Assembly (NCBI GenBank): GCA_020725585.1
Contig: DYES01000065.1
Location: 737-64,736, forward strand
Origin: Desulfovirgula sp.
GTDB taxonomy: Bacteria > Bacillota > Desulfotomaculia > Desulfotomaculales > Nap2-2B
DNA length: 64,000 nucleotides
Reading direction: 5' to 3'
In this document: positions 1-13,149 of the stretch, one piece after another
Layout of the letters: every line of letters starts with the position of its first letter
Numbering within the stretch: the first letter of the stretch is position 1
Notes under the pieces: generated by a model
Database searches by the model: none
The model's input: the letters and a program-made list of their open reading frames with translations, nothing else
Told to the model about the DNA's origin: nothing
Program-made: the position numbers and the translations under genes

Positions 1-212
1 GGGGTCAAAGGTTCGATGTAAACCCGGTCGGCCATGTTGGTATCGGTCATGATGGTCGCCGGGTTGCTGTTGATCAATACCACCTCCAGGCCCTCTTCGC
101 GCAGAGCGCGGCAGGCCTGGGTCCCGGCGTAATCGAACTCCGCCGCCTGGCCGATAATAATCGGTCCCGAACCAATCACCATTACCTTGCGGATACCTTT
201 TTTGATCGGCAT
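1..212 (-). CDS. carB: carbamoyl-phosphate synthase large subunit, N-terminal part (runs off the window edge)
   Basis: Hand translation from ATG at 212: [41 protein letters not shown]...[11 protein letters not shown]; GGAGGAG RBS upstream; follows carA. Confidence 0.97.
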   Translation of the reverse strand, partial: MPIKKGIRKVMVIGSGPIIIGQAAEFDYAGTQACRALREEGLEVVLINSNPATIMTDTNMADRVYIEPLT

Positions 213-235
213 TTTTAAATATCTGCTCCTCCTTG

Positions 236-1309
236 TTAAGCGTCCCTCATTAGTTCCATAAATTGATCAAACAGGTAGGCGGATTCCTGCGGTCCGGGAG
301 AAGCCTCCGGGTGGTACTGCACAGCAAAAACCGGCAGGTGCCGGTGCCGGATCCCTTCCACAGTCTGGTCGTTTAAGTTCCGGTGCGAGACAACAACCGG
401 TAGCCCCCGCAACGATTCTTCAGCCACCGAAAAACCGTGATTATGCGAAGTGATGTACACTTTCCCGGTGGCCAGGTCTTTCACCGGGTGGTTGGCGCCG
501 CGGTGACCGAATTTCATTTTGTAGGTTTTGGCGCCCAGGGCAAGGGCAATTACCTGGTGCCCCAAACAAATCCCAAACATGGGCAGCCGCCCAATTAATT
601 CCCTGGTGGTGGCAATGGTCGCGGGTACATCCACCGGATCTCCCGGTCCGTTGGAGATTAAAACTCCCTGGGGATGCAGGGAAAGTATTTCCTGCGGCGT
701 CGTTTTGGGCGGCACCACAACCACCTCGCAATTTCTCTTCTGCAGGTGGCGAATGATGTTCAGCTTGGAACCCAGGTCAATCAACACCACGCGGGGGCCG
801 TTCCCTTCCAGAACGTAAATTTCTTCGGTGGCCACTTCGGGCACCAGCTCCTGGCCGGTCAGGTGAGGACAGCTGCGGGCCTTTTCGACCAGGTCCCGGG
901 GGTCGGCCGCTTCCGTGCTGATTACCCCGCGCATAGTGCCGTAATTGCGCAGGTGGCGGGTCAGGGCGCGCGTATCCACTCCGGAGAGCCCCACCACCCC
1001 CTCCCGGTCCAAGAAGTCGGCCAGGCGGTAGCTGGCCCGCCAGTTACTGGGCTGAGTGCATTCCTCGTGAACGACGAACCCCCGCACGTAGGACTTTTTA
1101 GATTCAAAATCCTCCCGGTTGATGCCGTAGTTGCCGATCAACGGGTAGGTCATCACCACAATCTGCCCACAGTAGGAAGGGTCGGTGAGAATTTCCTGGT
1201 AGCCTGTCATACCGGTGTTGAAAACCACCTCCCCCCACCGTTCGCCGGCGGCGCCGAAGGCCCGGCCTTTAAAGATCGTCCCGTCTTCCAGGGCAAGCGT
1301 TGCCTGCAT
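236..1309 (-). CDS. carA: carbamoyl-phosphate synthase small subunit
   Basis: [28 protein letters not shown] (catalytic Cys) and [10 protein letters not shown] motifs; start moved to [10 protein letters not shown]. Confidence 0.97.
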   Translation of the reverse strand: MQATLALEDGTIFKGRAFGAAGERWGEVVFNTGMTGYQEILTDPSYCGQIVVMTYPLIGNYGINREDFESKKSYVRGFVVHEECTQPSNWRASYRLADFLDREGVVGLSGVDTRALTRHLRNYGTMRGVISTEAADPRDLVEKARSCPHLTGQELVPEVATEEIYVLEGNGPRVVLIDLGSKLNIIRHLQKRNCEVVVVPPKTTPQEILSLHPQGVLISNGPGDPVDVPATIATTRELIGRLPMFGICLGHQVIALALGAKTYKMKFGHRGANHPVKDLATGKVYITSHNHGFSVAEESLRGLPVVVSHRNLNDQTVEGIRHRHLPVFAVQYHPEASPGPQESAYLFDQFMELMRDA

Positions 1310-1434
1310 TGGATATCTCCTTCCCGTAAACAACTTTGTTTGCTAACTAACTTTCGGTCACCTAGAAAATTGTTGAAAAACCTCATGGCTCAACTCGAAT
1401 TTGCCGGGATCTAATTGAACGGCTGGCGGTGTTT

Positions 1435-2736
1435 TTATCCGCCGTCGATAATCCCCTCCCGCCTGAACACGATCTTCCCTCCGACGATCGTGACCACCGG
1501 CAGGCCCTTTAACCGCCAGCCGGCAAAGGGGGTATTCCGGCCCTTGCTGGCAAATCGGGCCGGATCGACTACCTCCTCCCGCTCCGGATCGATGATCGTG
1601 ATATCCGCATCCGCCCCTACCGCCAGGGTGCCCTTGGAAAGACCCAGGATGCGGGCTGGGTTGACTGTCATTTTGGCAATTGCCTCCACGGGATCGAGGA
1701 CGCCGGGAAGCACCAGTTTTGTCCAGACCAGCCCCACCGCGGTCTCCAACCCGACCATGCCGAAGGGGGCAAGCCCGTACTCCACATCCTTTTCCTGGAC
1801 GGTGTGCGGCGCGTGGTCGGTGGCGATCACGTCGATGGTGCCGTCGCGCAGCCCTTCGCGCACGGCGCGCACGTCCGCGGCGCTGCGCAAGGGGGGGTTA
1901 ACCTTGGTGTTAGGATCAAAGTTGACTACCGCCTCTTCGGTCAGGGAAAAATGATGGGGGGTAACTTCCGCCGTAACGGGCAGACCTTTTGCCTTGGCCT
2001 GCCGGATCAGCTCCACCGATCCCGCCGTGCTTACGTGGGCGACGTGCAACCGGCAGCCGGTCGCTTCGGCCAGAATAATATCCCGGGCCACCATGATCGT
2101 TTCGGCGGCCGCCGGGATGCCTTTTAAACCCAGCACGGTGGAGATGTATCCTTCGTGAACGAGCCCGCCCGCCGACAATCCGGCGTCCTCGCAGTGCTCG
2201 ATTATAGGCAGACCTACCATCCGAGCATATTGCATGGCCCTGTACAGTACGCCGGAATTGGCGACACAGCGGCCGTCGTCGGAAACGGCCACCGCTCCCG
2301 CTGCTTTTAAATCGGCCATTTCGGAAAGCTGTTCCCCCGCGCAGCCGGCGGTAATGGCCCCGACCGGAAAAACATTCACCAGACCCTTTTCTTTAGCCCT
2401 GGCGCAGATATAAGTAATTACCGCTTTATTGTCCGCCACCGGATCGGTGTTCGGCATGCAGGCGACGCTGGTAAAGCCCCCGCGGGCCGCCGCCCGCGTG
2501 CCCGTCTCGATGGTTTCCTTCGCCTCGAAGCCGGGGTCCCGCAGGTGGACGTGCATGTCAATAAGCCCGGGCGCGACCAGCTTTCCGCGGGCGTCAACGG
2601 CTACGCACTGTTCGCCCTCCCCGCCCAGGTCAGTGCCGATGGCCAGAATTTTTCCTTCGCCCACCAGCACATCGGCAAAAAACATCTTCCGGGCAACCGG
2701 ATCAATGATCCGGCCACCTTTTATGATCAGCTTCAC
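1435..2736 (-). CDS. pyrC: dihydroorotase
   Basis: PGLIDMHVHLRDPG, MPNT, KVNPPLR and ATDHAPH motifs; pyr operon context. Confidence 0.96.
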   Translation of the reverse strand: MKLIIKGGRIIDPVARKMFFADVLVGEGKILAIGTDLGGEGEQCVAVDARGKLVAPGLIDMHVHLRDPGFEAKETIETGTRAAARGGFTSVACMPNTDPVADNKAVITYICARAKEKGLVNVFPVGAITAGCAGEQLSEMADLKAAGAVAVSDDGRCVANSGVLYRAMQYARMVGLPIIEHCEDAGLSAGGLVHEGYISTVLGLKGIPAAAETIMVARDIILAEATGCRLHVAHVSTAGSVELIRQAKAKGLPVTAEVTPHHFSLTEEAVVNFDPNTKVNPPLRSAADVRAVREGLRDGTIDVIATDHAPHTVQEKDVEYGLAPFGMVGLETAVGLVWTKLVLPGVLDPVEAIAKMTVNPARILGLSKGTLAVGADADITIIDPEREEVVDPARFASKGRNTPFAGWRLKGLPVVTIVGGKIVFRREGIIDGG

Positions 2737-2739
2737 GGG

Positions 2740-3663
2740 TCATCCTCCCCTTTCGGTGAGCAGGTATAGAATGGCCATGCGCACGGCTACCCCGTTGGTA
2801 ACCTGCTCGTTAATTACCGACCTGGGATGTTCAACCATCTCGGGGCTGATTTCCACTCCCCGGTTCACCGGCCCCGGATGCATGATCAAGGCATCGGGTT
2901 TGGCCAGAGACAGTCTTTCCTCATTTAAACAATAAAGGCGGCTGTATTCCCGCAAACTGGGGAAAAGACCCGCCTTCTGCCTTTCCAGTTGAATGCGCAG
3001 CATCATAATCACGTCTGCTTCGCAGACTGCTTCCTCAATGCGGTGATACACGCGAACTCCCAGGCGTTCCACCTCCGGGGGAATCACGGTCGCCGGACCG
3101 CAAACCACAACGTTTGCCCCCATTTTAAAAAAGCCCCAGATATTGGAGCGGGCAACGCGGCTATGTAAAATATCACCGATAATGGCTACTTTGACTCCTT
3201 TTAAAATACCCTTTTTCTCTTTCACCGTAAATATATCCAGCAGCGCCTGGGTGGGGTGCTCGTGCGCCCCATCACCGGCGTTCACCACCGCGGCGTTGAT
3301 TGTTTTCGCCAGCAAGTGCGCCGCCCCGGCCAGCGGGTGACGGAGCACAACCACGTCCGCGCCGAGAGCTTCAATGGTGCGAGCGGTATCTTTTAAGCTT
3401 TCCCCCTTGGCCACACTGCTGGCGGAGGCGGAGATATTTATACTGTCGGCGCTTAAATATTTGGCGGCCAGCTCAAAAGAAACGCGGGTGCGGGTGCTGG
3501 GCTCGTAAAAAACATTGACTACCGTGCGTCCTCGCAAGGCGGGCACCTTTTTAATAGGCCGCGAAATTATTTCTTTCATGCGGGCCGCCGTATCCAGGAT
3601 CAGGTCAATTTCTTCGGCAGTCATTTCGGCCAGCCCCAGCAGATCCTTTCCTTTTAACTGCAT
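2740..3663 (-). CDS. pyrB: aspartate carbamoyltransferase catalytic subunit
   Basis: [23 protein letters not shown] and [12 protein letters not shown] motifs; GGAGG RBS before ATG at 3663. Confidence 0.97.
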   Translation of the reverse strand: MQLKGKDLLGLAEMTAEEIDLILDTAARMKEIISRPIKKVPALRGRTVVNVFYEPSTRTRVSFELAAKYLSADSINISASASSVAKGESLKDTARTIEALGADVVVLRHPLAGAAHLLAKTINAAVVNAGDGAHEHPTQALLDIFTVKEKKGILKGVKVAIIGDILHSRVARSNIWGFFKMGANVVVCGPATVIPPEVERLGVRVYHRIEEAVCEADVIMMLRIQLERQKAGLFPSLREYSRLYCLNEERLSLAKPDALIMHPGPVNRGVEISPEMVEHPRSVINEQVTNGVAVRMAILYLLTERGG

Positions 3664-3682
3664 TGTCCGCCTCCTGCAAAGT

Positions 3683-4299
<617 letters not shown>

Positions 4300-4327
4300 A
4301 GTTCGACCACTGTCAGCTTTTCCTATG

Positions 4328-4364
4328 TTCCTTACCGGCCTCGCTGGACCAGGTTTAAAGGATT
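4328..4364 (-). promoter_or_regulatory. PyrR-binding RNA element
   Basis: Minus strand ATCCTTTAAACCTGGTCCAGCGAGGCCGGTAAGGAAC matches the PyrR-site consensus (CUUUAA...RGUCCNGNGAGGY) and lies upstream of a terminator. Confidence 0.88.
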
Positions 4365-4376
4365 CGGTTCCAGTAA

Positions 4377-4405
4377 AGATTATCAAAAACCAACCCTGCT
4401 GTCAA
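4377..4405 (-). promoter_or_regulatory. sigma-A promoter of the pyr operon
   Basis: TTGACA-N17-TAATCT on the minus strand. Confidence 0.65.
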
Positions 4406-4413
4406 GAAAATTT

Positions 4414-5040
4414 TTAATGTGCATCTCCGGCGGCCATTTCGGCCACGGTGACTTTTTTAAGTTTCCCGTCAAGATAAATACACGCCGTGGAATCATCTTC
4501 CCGTAATTTACTTGCCATTTCCCCGGGCGGCTTGATGTTCAGCGCTCTTAGCGCGCGGGCCGCGTGCGCCCGCACCGCGGGACTTTGGTCGCCGAGCAGG
4601 GACAAAATTTTATCCGCCGCCGGGCTTACCAGCGCGGGTCTGACCCGGCCGATTTCGGCCGCCGCCCACAAAACCCCGCACCGCAAGGCTGGATCGTCGA
4701 GATAAGAAAGGAGGATGGAAGCCAGGTCCCCGTACAGGCCGGGGCGGCGGCTGATGATCGCTCCGATGGCCTCCGGAACGCTGCGCGCGTTGCCTCCCGA
4801 TTCATCGTTGAGGGCCCAGAAGAGGCGGCGCAGGATATCGCGTCCCTTTTCCGGCCTTTCGGCGGCCAGCGCGTCCACGGCGCAGGCCAGCGCCTCCACC
4901 GCCCGCCAGTGGATCAGGTCGTCAGCGGCGTACAAAAGAGAAAAAAGGGCGCGCCAAACCGCCGCCGGCCTGGCCGCGCCCAGCAAGCCCGGAAAATCTC
5001 TTCTCTTCAAATAGCCTACGGCCTGCTCCCGAAAATTCAT
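4414..5040 (-). CDS. HEAT-repeat protein (DVU0298-like)
   Basis: Helical HEAT-like repeats, RRLFWALNDESGG motif and C-terminal IYLDGKL..VTV; directly downstream of clpB. Confidence 0.7.
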   Translation of the reverse strand: MNFREQAVGYLKRRDFPGLLGAARPAAVWRALFSLLYAADDLIHWRAVEALACAVDALAAERPEKGRDILRRLFWALNDESGGNARSVPEAIGAIISRRPGLYGDLASILLSYLDDPALRCGVLWAAAEIGRVRPALVSPAADKILSLLGDQSPAVRAHAARALRALNIKPPGEMASKLREDDSTACIYLDGKLKKVTVAEMAAGDAH

Positions 5041-5056
5041 TTCCCTCTCCCTCGCC

Positions 5057-7669
5057 CTATGCGGCCGGGGTCACTTCGAAACTGAGCACACCGCCGCTTC
5101 CTTTTAACGTAACCACGTCCTTTGCCTTGACTTCCCCGCGGACGATCTTGCGCGAAAGGGGGGTTTCCACCTCCTGCTGGATAACCCTCTTTAGCGGCCG
5201 GGCCCCAAAAGCCGGATCGTACCCTTTTTCGGCCAGGTAGTCCACCGCCCCCTCGCCCCAGTGCAGGGCGCAGCCGATGGTTTGCGCCAGCCTGGCCGCC
5301 AGGCGCTTGAGAAGCAGGACGGCAATCTGGCGCACCTGCGTGCGCTCCAGGGCGTGGAAAACGATGATTTCGTCTACCCGGTTCAAAAATTCGGGGCGAA
5401 AATGCTGCTTTAAGAGGGCGAGCACGCCCTCCTTCATTTTCTCGTAATCGCCGCCCCTTTCCTGGAAGCTCAGGATATGCTGGCTGCCGATGTTGGAGGT
5501 CATGATGATAATGGTGTTCCGGAAATCCACCGTCCGGCCCTTGCCGTCGGTGAGCCGGCCGTCGTCGAGGATCTGCAGCAGCACGTTAAAGACATCGTTA
5601 TGCGCTTTTTCAATCTCGTCAAAAAGCACGACGCTATAGGGCTTTCTGCGCACGGCCTCCGTGAGCTGGCCGCCTTCCTCGTAGCCCACGTAGCCGGGGG
5701 GCGCGCCGATAAGCCGTGCCACGGTGTGCTTTTCCATGTATTCGGACATGTCCAGGCGGATCAAGTTGCGCTCGTCGTCGAAAAGCGCCTCGGCCAGCGC
5801 CCGGCTCAGCTCTGTTTTCCCCACGCCGGTGGGGCCAAGGAAAATGAAGCTGCCTACCGGCCTGTTCGGATCCTTGATCCCGCTGCGGGCCCGTAATACC
5901 GCGTCGGCTACGGCCCGCACCGCCTCGTCCTGGCCGACGACGCGCTCGTGCAGCAGCTCTTCTAAGCGCAGGAGCTTTTCCTTTTCCCCTTCCATGAGCC
6001 TGCTCACCGGAATGCCCGTCCAGCGGCTGACTACCCGGGCGATGTCCTCTTCGTCCACTTCCTCCTTTAAGAGCATGTTGTGCTTTTGCTTGCCCGCCAG
6101 CAACTCCTCTTCCGCTTTCAGCCTTCTTTCCAATTCGTTGAGCCGTCCGTACTTGAGCTCGGCCATGCGATTTAAGTCGTATTCCCTTTCCGCCTTTTCA
6201 ATTTCCATGCGCACTTCCTCGATCTCCCGCTTTAAGGCGCGCACCCGGGCGATGGCCTGCTTTTCCGCCTGCCACTGGGCCCTCATGGCTTCGGCATCAA
6301 GGCGCAGGTCCGCCAGCTCCTTCTGGATCTTTTGCAGCCTCTCCTGCGAAGCCTGGTCTTTCTCCTTTTTCAAAGCCGCCTCTTCAATCTCCAGCTGCAT
6401 GATGCGCCGGGTGATTTCATCCAAAGCGGTGGGCATGCTGTCGATCTCCGTGCGCAGGCGCGCCGCCGCTTCATCCACCAGGTCGATCGCCTTATCCGGC
6501 AGGAAGCGGTCCGTGATGTAGCGGTCGGAGAGGACGGCGGCGGCCACCAGCGCGGTGTCCTGGATGCGCACGCCGTGGTGAACCTCGTATCGCTCTTTAA
6601 GGCCGCGCAAAATAGAGATGGTTTCCTCCACCGACGGCGGATTGACCATCACAGGCTGAAAGCGCCTTTCCAGGGCGGCGTCTTTTTCAATGTGCTTTCT
6701 GTATTCGTCAATGGTGGTGGCTCCGATGCAGCGCAGCTCGCCGCGGGCCAGCATAGGCTTTAAAAGATTGCTGGCGTCCATGGCGCCTTCGGCTGCGCCG
6801 GCCCCCACCACGGTGTGCAGCTCGTCAATAAAGAGAATGATTTTGCCGGCGGCGTCCTGCACCTCTTTTAACACCGCCTTCAGGCGCTCCTCAAATTCCC
6901 CCCGGTACTTTGCGCCGGCCACCAGAGCCCCCATGTCCAGGGCGATGATCCGCTTATCCTTTAGCCCCTCGGGGACGTCGCGGGCCACGATCCGCCTGGC
7001 CAGACCCTCCACGATGGCCGTTTTTCCCACCCCCGGCTCGCCAATGAGCACAGGGTTGTTTTTCGTGCGCCGGGAAAGAATTTCCATCACCCGGCGGATC
7101 TCGTCGTCCCTGCCGATCACCGGGTCGAGCTTGCCTTCGGCAGCGAGCCTGGTCAGGTCGCGGCCGTACCGCTCCAGGGCTTCGTACGTTTCTTCCGGAC
7201 TGTCGCTGGTTACGCGCTGGCTGCCCCGCACCTCCCGGAGCGCGCGCAGCAAAGAGTCCCTGTTCACGCCCGCCTGCCGGAAGAGGTTTTTAATTTCCTC
7301 CTCCCCTTCTTCCGGCATGGCCAGCAAGAGATGCTCGACGCTGATATATTCGTCCTTCAAAGATTGCGCTTCCTTTTCCGCCCGGGCCAGCACCCGCGCC
7401 AGGCCCGCACCGACATGCAAAGCTCCTTCGTAGCCAAACACCGCCGGGGTTTTTTGCAGCAGTTCCTCCAGCCTGTACTGCAGCAGCGTTAGACTAACCC
7501 CCGCCCGCTCGAGGAAACGGGGAGCCAGCCCCCCTTCCTGGGCCAGCAGGGCGGCGAGCAGATGCTTTGTGCCCACTTCCTGGTGGCGCCGCTCGGCGGC
7601 CAGCCGCTGGGCGGCAAGGAGCGCCTCTTGCGATTTTTTCGTGAAGCGATTGAGATCCATTTCCCTCAC
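5057..7669 (-). CDS. clpB: ATP-dependent disaggregase ClpB
   Basis: Two AAA+ modules ([16 protein letters not shown]) and a long coiled-coil M domain (AELKYG); 870 aa; start may be the ATG at 7660. Confidence 0.96.
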   Translation of the reverse strand: MREMDLNRFTKKSQEALLAAQRLAAERRHQEVGTKHLLAALLAQEGGLAPRFLERAGVSLTLLQYRLEELLQKTPAVFGYEGALHVGAGLARVLARAEKEAQSLKDEYISVEHLLLAMPEEGEEEIKNLFRQAGVNRDSLLRALREVRGSQRVTSDSPEETYEALERYGRDLTRLAAEGKLDPVIGRDDEIRRVMEILSRRTKNNPVLIGEPGVGKTAIVEGLARRIVARDVPEGLKDKRIIALDMGALVAGAKYRGEFEERLKAVLKEVQDAAGKIILFIDELHTVVGAGAAEGAMDASNLLKPMLARGELRCIGATTIDEYRKHIEKDAALERRFQPVMVNPPSVEETISILRGLKERYEVHHGVRIQDTALVAAAVLSDRYITDRFLPDKAIDLVDEAAARLRTEIDSMPTALDEITRRIMQLEIEEAALKKEKDQASQERLQKIQKELADLRLDAEAMRAQWQAEKQAIARVRALKREIEEVRMEIEKAEREYDLNRMAELKYGRLNELERRLKAEEELLAGKQKHNMLLKEEVDEEDIARVVSRWTGIPVSRLMEGEKEKLLRLEELLHERVVGQDEAVRAVADAVLRARSGIKDPNRPVGSFIFLGPTGVGKTELSRALAEALFDDERNLIRLDMSEYMEKHTVARLIGAPPGYVGYEEGGQLTEAVRRKPYSVVLFDEIEKAHNDVFNVLLQILDDGRLTDGKGRTVDFRNTIIIMTSNIGSQHILSFQERGGDYEKMKEGVLALLKQHFRPEFLNRVDEIIVFHALERTQVRQIAVLLLKRLAARLAQTIGCALHWGEGAVDYLAEKGYDPAFGARPLKRVIQQEVETPLSRKIVRGEVKAKDVVTLKGSGGVLSFEVTPAA

Positions 7670-7947
7670 CTTGCTCTTTTTAATCTTTCAATTTCTTCCT
7701 GCAGCTCTTCAATACGGTCCAAAAGATCCAGAATAATGGCCGCGCCGGGCAGATTCACACCCAAACAGTTTTTCAAGCGCAGCAATTTATAAATGCGCTT
7801 CAGCTGCTCGGGAGTAATGCAGTCGTCGCTGATTTCAATGATCCCCAGTTCGCTCAGCGTCCTGATCATTTCAGGGTGAAACTCCAGGTGGTAGATGCTG
7901 AGCCTTTCTTTTTGCACACCATGGTAGCGAATTTGAATGAAATTCAT
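7666..7947 (-). CDS. chaperone modulator CbpM-like (MerR-type HTH) protein
   Basis: [30 protein letters not shown] resembles the CbpM signature; follows a CbpA-type J protein. Confidence 0.8.
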   Translation of the reverse strand: MNFIQIRYHGVQKERLSIYHLEFHPEMIRTLSELGIIEISDDCITPEQLKRIYKLLRLKNCLGVNLPGAAIILDLLDRIEELQEEIERLKRAR

Positions 7948-7998
7948 GTTCACTCCCTCGTCAAGCAAGTACTCAGGTTATGCCGGCGTTGCCCACCG

Positions 7999-8991
7999 TC
8001 AGGCTTTTTCCCGCAGTTCCTTGAGCTGCCGGTAAAGCCGGCGCTCCTGTTCGCTCAAGGAGGCGGGGATATCGATGATCACCCGCACGAATTGATCGCC
8101 GCGCGCGCCGTCTTTTCCTGGCAGCCCCTTTCCGCGCAAGCGCAGCTTCGTTCCCGCCCGGCTTCCCGCCGGCACGGTAACCGTCACCGGACCGTCCAGC
8201 GTGGACACGGTAACCTTATCGCCCAGGACAGCCTGCTCGGGAGTTAAAACGATCTCCGTTTCCAGGTCGCTGCCCTTCACGGTAAAAACGGGGTGAGGGA
8301 GGAGACGCACCTTCAGGTAGAGGTCGCCCCGCGGACCTCCCCCCAGGCCTTCCCCTCCCTGGCCCTTCAAACGAATGCGGCTGCCCTCCTGAATCCCGGG
8401 TGGAATCTTTACTTCCAGCGTTCTCGTGTCCGGGAGTGTTCCCGTGCCGCCACACTGAGCGCAAAAACTCCGGCCGGAAAGACCTGCGCCTCCGCACTCG
8501 GGACATACCGTCCCGCTAGAGATCTGCACGGTCTTTACCGTTCCACGGTAGGCCTCTTCTAAGTTGAGCTCGATCTCGCTCTCCACGTCCTGGCCGCGCC
8601 GCGGGCCCCAGGCGGAAGCGGTCCGGCCAAAGCGCGTACCGCGGCCGAAAAGCAGTTCAAAAAAATCGCTGAAACCGCTTCGAAAACCGGATTCAAAGTC
8701 GCCCGTAGCATAAAAATGCACGTCTGTGCCGGGCGGCGGCTCAAAATCCTGCCCTGCCCGCCAGCTGCTTCCCAGGCGGTCGTACTTGGCGCGTTTTTCG
8801 GGATCGCTGAGCACTTCGTAAGCTTCGTTGATCTGCTTGAATTTTTCTTCCGCCTCTTGTTTCATTTTGCCCGTGTGCAGGTCCGGGTGCCACTTGCGGG
8901 CCAGCTTCCGGTAGGCGGCCTTGATTTCCTTTTCCGTGGCGTCGCGGCTCACGCCCAAAATTTCGTAATAATCCTGGTAGGGTACAGCCAT
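7999..8991 (-). CDS. DnaJ/CbpA-class co-chaperone
   Basis: J domain with HPD, short G/F region, only two CxxCxGxG repeats and a DnaJ C-terminal domain. Confidence 0.92.
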   Translation of the reverse strand: MAVPYQDYYEILGVSRDATEKEIKAAYRKLARKWHPDLHTGKMKQEAEEKFKQINEAYEVLSDPEKRAKYDRLGSSWRAGQDFEPPPGTDVHFYATGDFESGFRSGFSDFFELLFGRGTRFGRTASAWGPRRGQDVESEIELNLEEAYRGTVKTVQISSGTVCPECGGAGLSGRSFCAQCGGTGTLPDTRTLEVKIPPGIQEGSRIRLKGQGGEGLGGGPRGDLYLKVRLLPHPVFTVKGSDLETEIVLTPEQAVLGDKVTVSTLDGPVTVTVPAGSRAGTKLRLRGKGLPGKDGARGDQFVRVIIDIPASLSEQERRLYRQLKELREKA

Positions 8992-9147
8992 TTATTTAAA
9001 CTTCCTCCATATTACTCATAATCACTCATACTCATGTGATTTAATCTATCTATTTAATTTAATTTTCAAGTCTATCCATCATAAACTACCGTGAATAGAA
9101 GAGTGAAACCGGCCGTTTCCACCAGAGGTTGCTGATTATTCTTCTTG

Positions 9148-11040
<1,893 letters not shown>

Positions 11041-11214
11041 ATCAATTACCCCCAACTATTTAAGTTTAAGAATTTTGTTCTATAATTTTTAATATGACAG
11101 TTTTCATATGACAATTTTTACGGCGGAACATTAAACGAACGGGGAAATTTCCCCCGGGCCGATATTCCGGTATTTATATAAAAATTTTCCGGCCGTTTTA
11201 AAATGTTTAAATAT

Positions 11215-11239
11215 AAAAGGCAGGGTATTTCCCCGCCTT
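11215..11239 (-). terminator. rho-independent terminator after hsp20
   Basis: Minus strand AAGGCGGGG-aaat-ACCCTGCCTT followed by TT. Confidence 0.55.
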
Positions 11240-11268
11240 ACGCGCTACTAAAAACCAACCCGCGCGTT

Positions 11269-11718
11269 TTATTCCTTAACTTCCACCTGAATTTCTTTCG
11301 GTTTAACTTCCTCTTTCTTCGGCAGGATAATTTCCAGTACACCGTTTTTGTAGTTTGCTTTTATTTCATCTACCTTCACGGGTATGTCCAACGTGAAGGA
11401 GCGGTAAAAGTTGCCGTAGGTGCGCTCCAGCTTCAGGAAGCGGGCGCCTTCTTCCCTGGCTTCCTGCTTGCGCTCTCCCTGGATGGTAAGCTGGTTGTTC
11501 ACAAAGTGGACTTTAATGTCGTCCTTCTCCACGCCAGGGATTTCTGCCCTCACGATCACGCTGTCCGCCGTTTCCTGGACATCTACGGGAAAAGTCCAGG
11601 CGCTGGCGAACATCCCTGCCCGCTTGGGCAACTGCAGGAAGCTCTCCTCAAAAAGTTTGTTGATCGACTGCTGCAAATTGGTGAGGTCCCTAAAAGGATC
11701 CCATCTTACCAGATCCAT
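11269..11718 (-). CDS. small heat shock protein Hsp20 (alpha-crystallin family)
   Basis: WDPFRDL N-terminus, AEIPGV, ERTYGNFYRSFTL, ANYKNGVLEIILPK and a C-terminal IQV (IxI/V) motif. Confidence 0.95.
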   Translation of the reverse strand: MDLVRWDPFRDLTNLQQSINKLFEESFLQLPKRAGMFASAWTFPVDVQETADSVIVRAEIPGVEKDDIKVHFVNNQLTIQGERKQEAREEGARFLKLERTYGNFYRSFTLDIPVKVDEIKANYKNGVLEIILPKKEEVKPKEIQVEVKE

Positions 11719-11800
11719 GTAATCCACACCTCCCTGCTGATTTTTTTAATTTTAATGGGTTGGTAGAATGGGTCTCTTGAGATTTCCTTTTCTGGTCTTT

Positions 11801-11829
11801 ATTATAAAAGTTGACAATACCATTGTCAA
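11801..11829 (-). promoter_or_regulatory. consensus sigma-A promoter of hsp20, overlapped by palindrome TTGACAAT-N3-ATTGTCAA
   Basis: TTGACA (11824-11829)-N17-TATAAT (11801-11806); perfect 8-bp inverted repeat at 11811-11829. Confidence 0.8.
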
Positions 11830-11907
11830 GTATTTTGTCAATAAATCTTTAAAATTTTTGCCATAAAATTTATTTATGAAAATAAAGCATACAAGAGAAG
11901 TAAATTT

Positions 11908-12183
11908 CTAATTTTCTAGATCCATTACGCTAATACCATATTTTTCTTTAATTTCTAAAATAATTTTAACTCCGGCCAGGTTGACGTTTTTTATCTGGGT
12001 CAGGTAGCGGATATAACGAACTCGGTTAATATCTTTCTGGGAATACAACCTGATATTTCCTTCGGTCCGGGCAGGGTTAATCAATCCGTGATCCTCATAG
12101 ATGCGTAAAGTCCGGGGATGAACGTTGGCCAGGCGGGCCGCCACACTGATCACGTAAACAGGATGTTCATTGGTTATGCTCAT
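11908..12183 (-). CDS. hspR: HspR-like MerR-family heat-shock regulator
   Basis: PVYVISVAARLANVHPRTLRIYE...PARTEGNIRLYSQKD...VNLAGVKIILE is typical of HspR; heads a chaperone cluster. Confidence 0.85.
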   Translation of the reverse strand: MSITNEHPVYVISVAARLANVHPRTLRIYEDHGLINPARTEGNIRLYSQKDINRVRYIRYLTQIKNVNLAGVKIILEIKEKYGISVMDLEN

Positions 12184-12265
12184 TTCCGGGTCCTCCTTGT
12201 TTAACTCAATTATGTACAATTATGTACTCTAATACCTTCAGACTAACCTTACATACTTAACTAAA

Positions 12266-12294
12266 ATTATGATTTATTACAGTAGTATTGTCAA
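12266..12294 (-). promoter_or_regulatory. sigma-A promoter of hspR with an imperfect copy of the palindrome
   Basis: TTGACA-N17-CATAAT; TTGACAATactACTGTAAT at 12276-12294 (minus strand). Confidence 0.65.
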
Positions 12295-12382
12295 GATAAT
12301 TACATAACTTTTTATATTAAATCTGAATCAATTAAATCCATGGTGTATATACTTAACCGAAGAAAAAAGCGTAATCTTTGTC

Positions 12383-12411
12383 TTGACAGATCTGGTTTGC
12401 CAATCTAAAAT
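12383..12411 (+). promoter_or_regulatory. sigma-A promoter of the wHTH regulator gene
   Basis: TTGACA-N17-TAAAAT. Confidence 0.65.
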
Positions 12412-12447
12412 GTGAATAAAAAGAGGTAGCCGGGAGGGAACAGAAGA

Positions 12448-13149
12448 ATGCCCTTAACCAGGCGCCGGAAAGAATTTTTAACCAAAGTCGTAAAAATGTA
12501 TCATCAAACCGGTCAGCCTGTACATTACGCAACGCTCGCCCAATCTTTAGGAGTAAGCAAATGGACTGCTTACGATGTATTGCGGGAACTGGAAAAAGAA
12601 GGTTTACTAACCATGGAATATTCTATAAACAGGGAGGACCGCTACCCGGGCCGGTCGCAAGTCTTGTTCCGGCCAACTCCCCTGGCCTTTCACATACCGT
12701 CAACAGAGCAAGCAGAAAACCAGCCTGGCGAGGATTGGTTGACGGTAAAAAAAAGATTATTAGGAGTAGTTGATAGTATTAAGATTAAAAAACTAGACCC
12801 TAAAAAGATAATTGATGAATTGCTCGAAGAAGTGCATACAATAGAAAAACCCATCACTTACAGCGCCTATATAATTACCTTGCTCACCGCCTGCCTTTAC
12901 TCACTGGGCAACCGGGGAATTCACTTAATGGAAAATTTCCTTCACCTCTCTCCAAAACCAGAATTAATCCTCAGTATGTTTGCCGGCACAGCCTTAGGAG
13001 TGGCCATCAAAACCATGAAGGAAACCATGACCGTTAAACTGGTTACAAAAATAGGCGTATTTCAAAAACACGTTTCTGAATTCAGCAGAAATGAAAGAAG
13101 ATTGCTCGTTAACTTTCTTGGCGAAACTTTACAAAAGGTAACAGCATAA
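12448..13149 (+). CDS. winged-helix transcriptional regulator (HrcA-like N-terminal wHTH, unassigned C-terminus)
   Basis: LTRRRKEFL...YHQTGQPVHYATLAQSLGVSKWTAYDVLRELEKEG HTH; GGGAGGG RBS. Confidence 0.75.
   Translation: MPLTRRRKEFLTKVVKMYHQTGQPVHYATLAQSLGVSKWTAYDVLRELEKEGLLTMEYSINREDRYPGRSQVLFRPTPLAFHIPSTEQAENQPGEDWLTVKKRLLGVVDSIKIKKLDPKKIIDELLEEVHTIEKPITYSAYIITLLTACLYSLGNRGIHLMENFLHLSPKPELILSMFAGTALGVAIKTMKETMTVKLVTKIGVFQKHVSEFSRNERRLLVNFLGETLQKVTA

Noticed and set aside
11041-12447. CIRCE, CtsR or canonical HAIR boxes in the chaperone cluster
   Set aside because: No TTAGCACTC-N9-GAGTGCTAA, no 10-bp-period RGTCAAA heptads and no CTTGAGT-N7-ACTCAAG were found by eye.
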